Shown piece by piece: positions 57,015 to 64,000 of a DNA stretch of 64,000 nucleotides. The position numbers and the translations under genes were made by a program. The DNA comes from Candidatus Doudnabacteria bacterium (GTDB taxonomy: Bacteria > Patescibacteriota > Doudnabacteria > UBA920): contig CAWINB010000004.1 of the NCBI GenBank assembly GCA_963837465.1, positions 394,853 to 458,852 on the forward strand, given 5' to 3'. Each line of letters opens with the position of its first letter. Position 1 is the first letter of the stretch. The notes beneath the pieces are model-generated. The model did not search any database and was not told the DNA's origin. It saw only the letters and a program-made list of their open reading frames with translations.

Positions 57015-58289
57015 TTATGGTGACTTAGCCGGAGTACTTTGGGTAGTTGTCGGTGTCACAACGGTGGTCGGCTGGATTTGCGCTTGGAGCAAACTTTCCA
57101 CAATCGCGATAATGCTAAAGGACAGGATGGCGACTACAAGGCCCAGGATTGCCCAGGTGATGGTTTTTTTGGCTTTAGTGATAGCTTCTTCGCTGCCGGA
57201 GCCCACAATCATTTGAAAACCTCCCACTATAATAAACACCACGGCCAATACCCCAAGTACGGAAAGCAAACCCTGCGCCACCAGCAAAAACGCGTGCACC
57301 AAATCACTTTCGGGCAAGGGGTCGTAAAGGCATGATGTTGGATCGGTGCAGGGGGTGGTGGAATTTGGTGTGGCGGCGTTAGCACCGCTTGCGGAAGTTA
57401 CTGGCGCCACGCACACACCTTGGGAAACGTTGCAAGTATAGCCAACTTCATCGGCGGCGTTGCAATCTGGGTCACTAGTGCAAGCCCTGCATAAACCGGC
57501 ATTAGTGCAAAGCTGGGAAGCGCATTGGCTAAAGTCAGTACAAGTCGCGCCATTAGGCAAATTTGTTGTTGCGGCTGTTGGCGCAACGCATACGCCTTGG
57601 GAAACGTTGCAAGTATAGCCAACTTCATCAGAGGCGTTACAATCAGCGTTACTTGTGCAAGCCCGGCAAAGGCCTGCATTAGTACAAAGTTGAGAGGCGC
57701 ATTGGCTGAAGTCGGTGCACCCTCCTCCATTTGGGACGTTGCTCGTTGCGGCCTGTGTGAGAGTAATGCCAACTGGAGATGATTCAGTTAAAACTGGCCA
57801 ATTATTTGAGCCATCAGTGACTTTAACCATAGCCGCTACCTGCAAGCTGCTAGGTATGTTCCCATTGTTCCAAGAAGAAGATGGAGTGAAGGTGTTGTTT
57901 GGCAATGAGAATGTCTGGGAAGTTTGAGCCGGTTGTCCGCTCTGGGCATTATAGGTTAATGGGAAAACAATATCAGATAGCAATCTATTGCCAGTAGTTT
58001 TATCATAAACAGTTACATAGACGTTAAGCGCGTTTGTATTGCTGTTCGGAACAGGACAAGTGCCTGTTAAGCTGCCGTTGTCTGTTAGTAGGTTATTCAC
58101 TGTTACAGAACCGGAAATAGTAAATGGCGTATTATTAGCTCCAGATTTTGGATTTACGTCAAAGCTTATTTGCGCGGCGCAACTGGCGGAAGAGGCTGTT
58201 GCAATATTTGGAGTAAGCGAAACCAAGCCAAAAATCTCCACCATCAAAAAGCTTAAGGCAAAGACTATTTTTACTATTTTTTGTTTCAT
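57015..58289 (-). CDS. secreted Cys-rich protein with duplicated module and C-terminal two-helix hydrophobic anchor
   Basis: It has a signal peptide. The module TDFSQCASQLCTNAGLCRACTS..DCNA.DEVGYTCNVSQGVCVAP is duplicated. The C-terminal LSVLGVLAVVFIIVGGFQMIV...ILGLVVAILSFSIIAIV resembles a pilin-like double helix. Confidence 0.45.
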   Translation of the reverse strand: MKQKIVKIVFALSFLMVEIFGLVSLTPNIATASSASCAAQISFDVNPKSGANNTPFTISGSVTVNNLLTDNGSLTGTCPVPNSNTNALNVYVTVYDKTTGNRLLSDIVFPLTYNAQSGQPAQTSQTFSLPNNTFTPSSSWNNGNIPSSLQVAAMVKVTDGSNNWPVLTESSPVGITLTQAATSNVPNGGGCTDFSQCASQLCTNAGLCRACTSNADCNASDEVGYTCNVSQGVCVAPTAATTNLPNGATCTDFSQCASQLCTNAGLCRACTSDPDCNAADEVGYTCNVSQGVCVAPVTSASGANAATPNSTTPCTDPTSCLYDPLPESDLVHAFLLVAQGLLSVLGVLAVVFIIVGGFQMIVGSGSEEAITKAKKTITWAILGLVVAILSFSIIAIVESLLQAQIQPTTVVTPTTTQSTPAKSP

Positions 58290-58367
58290 AAATAAGTTTA
58301 ATTTTATCGTTATTATTATACAATAAATTAATTAAATTGGGAATTTTAGCCTGCCAGACTGAGGTTT

Positions 58368-58396
58368 TTGACAAAGTTTTGCATATAATCCATAAT
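58368..58396 (+). promoter_or_regulatory. sigma70-like promoter (TTGACA-N17-CATAAT) upstream of ftsZ; a second extended -10 (TGTTATAAT) lies at 58482-58490
   Basis: The promoter reads ttgaca aagttttgcatataatc cataat; the second element is tgttataat. Confidence 0.45.
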
Positions 58397-58525
58397 TGGA
58401 TTCATAAAGAACTGTGAAGCCGTTTATTGTTGCCTATAAAATCCCAAGGATTTCAAATATCTGTCAGGTTCCCACTTTTTGTGTTATAATCTTTGCAGTT
58501 AAAAAACAAAAATTTAAAATCAAAA

Positions 58526-58577
58526 ATCAAGACCATCCAGAAAGCTTTCGCTTAAGTCTTGATTTTATTTTTTTTAT
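58526..58577 (+). promoter_or_regulatory. hairpin plus U-run (terminator-like) in the ftsZ leader
   Basis: The pairing caagac ... gtcttg is followed by attttattttttttat, immediately before the ftsZ RBS. Confidence 0.3.
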
Positions 58578-58607
58578 CTATTATTCTGTAACTTAAGGGG
58601 TTCCGTT

Positions 58608-59828
58608 ATGAAAAAAACTATGGAAGTCAAACCAAAAATTGAAGCTTTTGCCAGGATTAAGGTTTTGGGCATTGGAGGGTCGGGGACTAACGCGGTTAAC
58701 CGTATGACCCAGCTGGGCATTAAGGGTGTGGAGTTTATTGCTATTAATACCGACGCGCAGGCTTTGCATAATAACCAGGCCGACCGGAAGGTCCATATTG
58801 GCAAAAGCGCCACCAAGGGCCTTGGCAGCGGTATGAATCCCGATTTGGGCAGGCAGGCGGCCGAAGAAAGCGTGGAAGAACTGGAAGAGGTTATAGACAA
58901 CGCGGATATGGTGTTTATTACCTGCGGTTTAGGAGGCGGCACGGGTAGCGGCGCGGCTCCTATTGTGGCTGAGCTGGCTAAAAACAAAGGCATCTTAACC
59001 GTGGGCGTAGTTACCAAGCCATTTACCTTTGAAGGCAGCAAGCGCAAGGAAGTGGCCGAAACCGCTTACGATAATTTAAAGGATAAAGTAGATGCCATTA
59101 TCTCCATCCACAACGACCGCATCCTCCAAATCATCGACAAAAAAACTTCACTCATCGAAGCTTTTAAAACTGTGGATGAAGTCCTGCGCCAGGGCATTGC
59201 GGGTATTTCCGACCTGATTACCACCCATGGTATTGTTAACGCGGATTTCGCGGACGTAAAAAGCATAATGCAGGACGCGGGCACGGCGCTTATGGGTATT
59301 GGCCGGGCCACGGGCGAAAATCGCGCGGCGGAAGCGGCTAAAGCGGCCATTAATTCTCCTTTGCTGGAAATGACCGTAGACGGAGCCAAAGGCGTGCTGT
59401 TTAATATTACCGGCGGCAGCAGTTTGGGAATGTTTGAAATAGACGAGGCAGCCAAGGTTATTACCAGGAGCATAGACCCGGATGCCAAGGTTAAGTTTGG
59501 CGCGGTTATAGACGAAAATATGGGCGACGAAGTGCGCATTACGGTTATTGCCACGGGTTTTGATGAAAGCAGCAAGCGTACCACCACGGCCCAAATGGTT
59601 TTAAACGAACAACCTAAAACTGTCAGGATGCCCGAACCTAAAATTGTTAACCCGGTTATACCGCCGGTAGAAATCCGCAAGCCGATGTTTAATCCCAAAC
59701 CGGCTCCGGTACCGGAAAATATAGATTTTACCCCGAACGCCGTAAACATCGGCAAGCCGGAACCAAGCGAACCGGTCAACGAAGACGATCTGGAAATCCC
59801 GGCGTTTATTAGAAAGAAGATGAAATAG
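58608..59828 (+). CDS. ftsZ: cell division GTPase FtsZ
   Basis: The tubulin signature GGGTGSG is present, with N-terminal IKVLGIGGSGTNAVNRM and a conserved C-terminal DDLEIPAFIRKK peptide. Confidence 0.9.
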   Translation: MKKTMEVKPKIEAFARIKVLGIGGSGTNAVNRMTQLGIKGVEFIAINTDAQALHNNQADRKVHIGKSATKGLGSGMNPDLGRQAAEESVEELEEVIDNADMVFITCGLGGGTGSGAAPIVAELAKNKGILTVGVVTKPFTFEGSKRKEVAETAYDNLKDKVDAIISIHNDRILQIIDKKTSLIEAFKTVDEVLRQGIAGISDLITTHGIVNADFADVKSIMQDAGTALMGIGRATGENRAAEAAKAAINSPLLEMTVDGAKGVLFNITGGSSLGMFEIDEAAKVITRSIDPDAKVKFGAVIDENMGDEVRITVIATGFDESSKRTTTAQMVLNEQPKTVRMPEPKIVNPVIPPVEIRKPMFNPKPAPVPENIDFTPNAVNIGKPEPSEPVNEDDLEIPAFIRKKMK

Positions 59829-60316
59829 TTTACGAAGTACGAAAATTTACGAACTTACGAACATGACGCCTTCTATTTTGCGGCGACAGGATTTAATTCA
59901 TCCTGAGCTAAGCTATAAAATAGTAGGCGTCCTTTTAAATGTTTATGGTCAGTTAGGCTATGGCTTATATGAGCGCGCTTATCAGAAAGCTGTTGGCGTA
60001 GGTTTTAAAAAGGCAGGCTTATTGTTTGTGGAACAGCTCTACGCTCCGATTGTTTTTGAGGGTACTGTTGTGGCTAAAAATTATCTGGACTTTTTGGTGG
60101 AAGATAAGGTGGCCGTTGAATTAAAACGCGGAGACAAGTTTGTTAAAGCCCATATCGATCAATTGTATAATTATTTAGTGGCTAAAGATTTACGGCTGGG
60201 AATTTTGGTTTATTTTGCTCCTAACAGGTTGCACTACAAAAGAATTGTGAACCTGCCCCAAGATCCAAAGGTCAAATAAGTTTCGTAAGTTCGTACCCTT
60301 TTCGTACTTCGTAAAC
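59828..60316 (+). mobile_element. mini-element: GxxExxY-family gene flanked by roughly 36-bp near-perfect terminal inverted repeats
   Basis: Left TIR gtttacgaagtacgaaaatttacgaacttacgaaca (59828-59862) and the reverse complement of the right TIR (60280-60316), gtttacgaagtacgaaaagggtacgaacttacgaaac, are about 90% identical. Confidence 0.75.
59863..60279 (+). CDS. GxxExxY-family protein (PD-(D/E)XK nuclease-like fold, TIGR04256-like)
   Basis: The sequence YERAYQKAVGVGFKKAGLLFVEQLYAPIVFEGTVVAKNYLDFLVEDKVAVELKRGD has the GxxExxY-like pattern, with an acidic core (D...E.K). Confidence 0.7.
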   Translation: MTPSILRRQDLIHPELSYKIVGVLLNVYGQLGYGLYERAYQKAVGVGFKKAGLLFVEQLYAPIVFEGTVVAKNYLDFLVEDKVAVELKRGDKFVKAHIDQLYNYLVAKDLRLGILVYFAPNRLHYKRIVNLPQDPKVK

Positions 60317-60643
60317 TCATAAAGCTGATCCACTTGCTTTTTCTCTCTCGCTGTGCTATAATAAGTAGGTAATGATATTTCACGGTCGGTTTCCCAAAAA
60401 CAGGGAAGGAATATCTTTAGGACTAATATCAAAGAAACAAAAACAATCCGGATAATTTTCTGGAGAAGTTATCGGGATAAAACCAAAACACAATTAAATA
60501 TTTCCAAAAGCTTTATAATTGGCTCTGTCAATTGGAGAGCGAATTTATATCGCGGATTTATCCAAAAGCATTTAATGTTTTTGGAGTATATCCTGTTTTT
60601 GTGAATAAGAACCTATTTTCTCAAACAGGTTCCAAATAGATAT

Positions 60644-61021
60644 ATGACCAAATTTTTAACCCAGGAAACTCCTGCCAAAGTAATGAGCCTGCTTAGCTTA
60701 TCTTTGGCTTCCATGTTCTTTTTATTCGCTGTTACCTTAAGTAACGCCAGTTTCAGCCAGGTGCAAAACCCGCTACCCGACCCTTTCGCGGCCACAAACA
60801 TTACGCGTGTGTTGGATGTGGCTTCAAACAGCTACAGTAATTTCCTTTACGCCAACTTAATAAATCCCACGCAAGCGGAATACGCTTTTGTGGCCGGCAA
60901 TGTGGCTTATGTGGGGCAAAATGCCGGTTATGAAATTGCCGAACTTAGCAGTCCTATTTATGCTTCGGCTTCCCAGGGTCAGGCGGCTGGCGCTGCCGCT
61001 GAATTGGTTGCCACAAAGTAG
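60644..61021 (+). CDS. small secreted protein, hypothetical
   Basis: An N-terminal hydrophobic signal-like segment is present. Confidence 0.35.
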   Translation: MTKFLTQETPAKVMSLLSLSLASMFFLFAVTLSNASFSQVQNPLPDPFAATNITRVLDVASNSYSNFLYANLINPTQAEYAFVAGNVAYVGQNAGYEIAELSSPIYASASQGQAAGAAAELVATK

Positions 61022-61052
61022 GCCCGGCGACTATCAGTCAAATAAATATAAA

Positions 61053-61090
61053 AACAACCCCGGCTGTGCCCCCGGGGTTGTTTTATTATT
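61053..61090 (+). terminator. rho-independent terminator
   Basis: The hairpin aacaaccccgg ctgtgcc cccggggttgtt is followed by ttattatt. Confidence 0.7.
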
Positions 61091-61103
61091 ATAGGACTTC
61101 CGT

Positions 61104-61133
61104 GCCCCATCAAGGCCAGAGGCAGCCGGAAAA
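61104..61133. repeat. second copy of repeat family 5 (gccccatcaaggccagaggcagccggaaa)
   Basis: It matches the copy at 7943-7971. Confidence 0.5.
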
Positions 61134-61564
61134 TTCTTTTGCCTTCGTCTTGCCTAGTAATAATGTACATATTAGTTAAAACCGCGCGTGGCAAGACGTG
61201 AGTCAAAACAAATTTACCGACTACCCTGGCCTGCAGTCGGGCGGCGCGAGCCTTATATTCGGGTTTACTTTTGTGGATATCTGTCAAAAAAATTACAGGG
61301 TTTTTAAAAAACCCCAATAATTCGCGGTCTTGTAAAAATCTATATCTAGTATTATAATATTTAAGGATGCTACTACATATGGTAGCGACAGGAAAACAGC
61401 GAAATACAAATAAAAAGCAAAAAAGTCCCGGCCGAACCTTAAACGGGACTAAATAATAAGAATTACCAGCAATTCTTGCAAGCAAGGGTTGTTAAATGAC
61501 CTCAAAAACATTATAGAAATAAATTTTTACTCTTATTTAATTACAACCAAAAGATTTTAAAAGT

Positions 61565-62011
61565 ATGCGTTGCCCTAATTGCCAGTTTGAAGACACAAAA
61601 GTGCTGGATAGCCGGCCGGTGGACGAGGGTAGCGCCATAAGGCGCCGCAGGGAGTGTGAAAAATGCGAGTTCCGCTTTAGCACTTACGAAGAAATAGAAA
61701 TTTTGGACTTGGCGGTTGTGAAAAAAGACGGCAGCAAGCAGATATTTTCCAAAGAGAAGCTGGAAACCGGCATACGAAGACCTTTTGAAAAACTCCCGCA
61801 TACCGATGAAACACTCAGAAAGCTGGTTTCGGCCATAGAGATAGAAATCCAAAAAAAAGCAAAGGACGGGCAAATCAGCAGCCTGGAAATCGGCGAGATT
61901 GTGATGAAGAAAATAAAAAAAGTGAACAAAGTCGCCTACATCCGCTTTGCCGCCGTTTACAGGCAATTTGAGGATGTGGATGAGTTTAAGGAAGAACTAC
62001 GCAAACTATAA
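61565..62011 (+). CDS. nrdR: transcriptional repressor NrdR
   Basis: An N-terminal Zn-ribbon (MRCPNCQFEDTKVLDSRPVDEG...RRRECEKCEFRFSTYE) is followed by an ATP-cone. Confidence 0.9.
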   Translation: MRCPNCQFEDTKVLDSRPVDEGSAIRRRRECEKCEFRFSTYEEIEILDLAVVKKDGSKQIFSKEKLETGIRRPFEKLPHTDETLRKLVSAIEIEIQKKAKDGQISSLEIGEIVMKKIKKVNKVAYIRFAAVYRQFEDVDEFKEELRKL

Positions 62012-62021
62012 GTTTGCAATT

Positions 62022-62120
62022 ACAAATTTCCAATTTCAAATGATAAAATAAGTTTCGGTTAGGAAATTTGATGCTTGCGATTTTATTTGAAATTTGAAAT
62101 TTGGCATTTGAAATTTTTAA
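62022..62120. promoter_or_regulatory. repeat array in the nrdR-nrdJ intergenic region (candidate NrdR or other operator sites)
   Basis: Inverted arms caaatttccaatttcaaatg (62022-62041) and tttgaaatttgaaatttgg (62086-62104) are present, with three tttgaaattt direct repeats at about 11-bp spacing. Confidence 0.3.
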
Positions 62121-62188
62121 ACTAATTAACTTGTTTATTCGTCCATCATAATATTGATGTCGTAAACATCACCAGAAAATAAAACAAT

Positions 62189-64000
62189 ATGCAACCCAAA
62201 GTCAATCTCCAGACCAGAACAACCAACGCGCTGTCCGAATTAGGCGAAAAAATATTTTTGGACCGTTACGCGGTTAAGGATATTAAACGCGAAACTTTGG
62301 CCGTGGGCGATACCGTGGTGGTTTTGGTGAATCCCAAAACCGGCCAGCGCGAGATTGGCGTTATTGAAAATATTGACTTTGCCAGCAAAGATGTCAGCGT
62401 GCGTATGCGCGACGGCCAGCTGGAACACCGGACCATTGAGCACGTGGACAAGCCGCTGGAACTGGTGCCGGAGCAGATGTTCGACCGCATTGCCAGGCAT
62501 ATTGCCAGCGTGGAAAAAACCGCTTCCAAGCAGGACGAGTGGCAGGAAAAATTCCGTAAATTAATGGATGACTGGAAGTACGTGCCCGCCGGCCGGATTT
62601 TTACCGGAGCGGGCACCGGACAGAATTTAACTTTTTATAACTGTTATGTTATTCCGCATCCCAAAGATTCCGCGGCGGTATTTTTGAAACCCTGAGCCAA
62701 ATGGCGGAAATTATGTCCAGAGGCGGCGGCGTTGGCATTAATGTCTCATCGCTCCGCCCCCGCTACGCTTACGTTAAAGGTGTAAACGGTCGCTCCTCCG
62801 GCGCGGTCTCCTGGGCATCGCTCTACAGTTTTGTTACAGGTTTAATCGAGCAGGGTGGATCCAGGCGCGGCGCTTTGATGTTAATTTTAAACTGCTGGCA
62901 TCCGGACGTTTTGGATTTTATCAATTCCAAAAAAGAAGCCGGAAAAATCACCAACGCCAACATCAGCGTCGGCATTACCGACGACTTTATGGACGCGGTG
63001 AAAAACGACAAGCCCTGGGACCTGATTTTTCCCGACACTTCGGACCCGCTTTACAAAGACAAATGGGACGGCAATATCAAGCGCTGGCAGGAAACCGGCG
63101 GTAAAATCATAAAGCACAAAACCGTGCGCGCCACCGATATTTGGGACAACATTATTACTTCGGCCTGGCAGTCGGCCGAACCCGGCATGTATTTTATTGA
63201 CCGCGCCAATTACTATTCCAATTCCTGGTACTTTGCCGATTTGCCCTGCACCAACCCCTGCGGCGAACAGCCTCTGCCGGCCTGGGGCGTGTGCAATTTG
63301 GGCCACGTTAATTTGGCCAGGCACATCAACAAAGAAACCGGAGAGGTTTTATGGAACGATTTAAAGCAAACCGTGCAGTACGCCGTGCGTTTTCAGGATA
63401 ATGTTATAGACGCCACGCCCTATTTTTTTGACGAGAACAAAAACCAGCAAATGAGTGAGCGCAGGGTCGGCATGGGCACTATAGGTTTGGCGGAAATGAT
63501 GATTTACAGCGGCGTAAAATACGGCAGTTCCGAGTCCGTGGATTTTATAGACAAACTTTACCAGTTTATAGCGGTTACGGCTTACGAAACTTCCATAGAG
63601 CTGGCGCGCGAAAAAGGCGCGTTCCCGAAATTTGACGCTGAAAAGTTTTTACAGTCGGGTTATATGAAGCAGATGCCCGCCTACATTCGCAACCTGACCG
63701 CCAAGTACGGCATCCGCAACGTCACCATTTTAACCCAGGCGCCAACGGGCACTGTGGGCACTATGGTTGGCACCAGCACCGGCATTGAGCCGTTTTTTTC
63801 CTGGACTTATTTCAGGAAGTCGCGTTTGGGCGTGCACGAGGAAAAAATCAAACTGGCGCAGGATTGGGAGGCCTTGCATCCGGGCCAGGATTTGCCAGAT
63901 TATTTTGCCACGGCCATGGAACTGATGCCGGAAGAACACGTGCGGGTGCAGGCCGCTGTCCAGCGCTGGACAGACTCGGCTATTTCCAAAACCTGCAACG
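62189..64000 (+). CDS. nrdJ: class II (adenosylcobalamin-dependent) ribonucleotide reductase, with apparent +1 frameshift at a T5 run near 62680; continues past the window end
   Basis: The upstream frame ends ...CYVIPHPKDSAAVFLKP*. Another frame continues FETLSQMAEIMSRGGGVGINVSSLRPR...C..NPCGEQPL... (RNR active-site regions). One extra T would join the two frames. Confidence 0.75.

Noticed and set aside
60979-61485. A 168-aa minus-strand ORF downstream of the small secreted protein gene.
   Set aside because: It spans a terminator hairpin, a dispersed repeat copy and AT-rich intergenic DNA, and has a low-complexity composition with no motif. It is likely spurious.

Overview
This window reads as a small-genome bacterial chromosome segment, possibly a CPR/Patescibacteria-like organism, with about 49% GC. 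Housekeeping genes are interleaved with accessory DNA. Recognisable housekeeping genes are gyrA, topA, dprA, pth, der, lepB, a divergent hisS, rpsU, yqeY, ftsA, ftsZ, nrdR, a class II RNR (nrdJ, frameshifted and running off the window end), uppP, radC, an LCP-family protein, an OmpR-type response regulator with a sensor kinase, a tRNA-Val(CAC) and an RRM-type RNA-binding protein. Five parts are not ordinary. First, a three-gene cassette (a eukaryote-like guanidinoacetate-N-methyltransferase homolog, an AdoMetDC-fold pyruvoyl decarboxylase with altered active-site motifs, and a GNAT-like acetyltransferase) sits between the response regulator and its probable partner kinase. Second, ftsA and ftsZ, normally adjacent, are separated by about 18.7 kb of accessory DNA. 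That island holds a degraded AbiE-like toxin, a diverged duplicate of the ftsA 3' end, two cell-wall hydrolases, an IS5-family element, a high-GC block of three secreted proteins, a four-gene operon ending in a 1465-aa protein, and a Cys-rich surface protein. Third, two roughly 480-bp mini-elements each carry one small gene (a GxxExxY PD-(D/E)XK-like protein and a four-helix-bundle protein) between about 36-45-bp terminal inverted repeats, and a cargo-less solo palindrome of the first type lies elsewhere. Fourth, several short palindromic repeat families are scattered in intergenic regions; one flanks a capA-like gene in inverted orientation between dprA and topA. Fifth, a perfect-consensus sigma70 promoter precedes a roughly 140-nt structured non-coding region that may be a small RNA. 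Other mobile DNA includes an IS630-family element with perfect 26-bp TIRs, an rve-family IS, and a large serine recombinase next to tRNA-Val. Every call is based on reading the sequence and motifs by eye; no database search was run.
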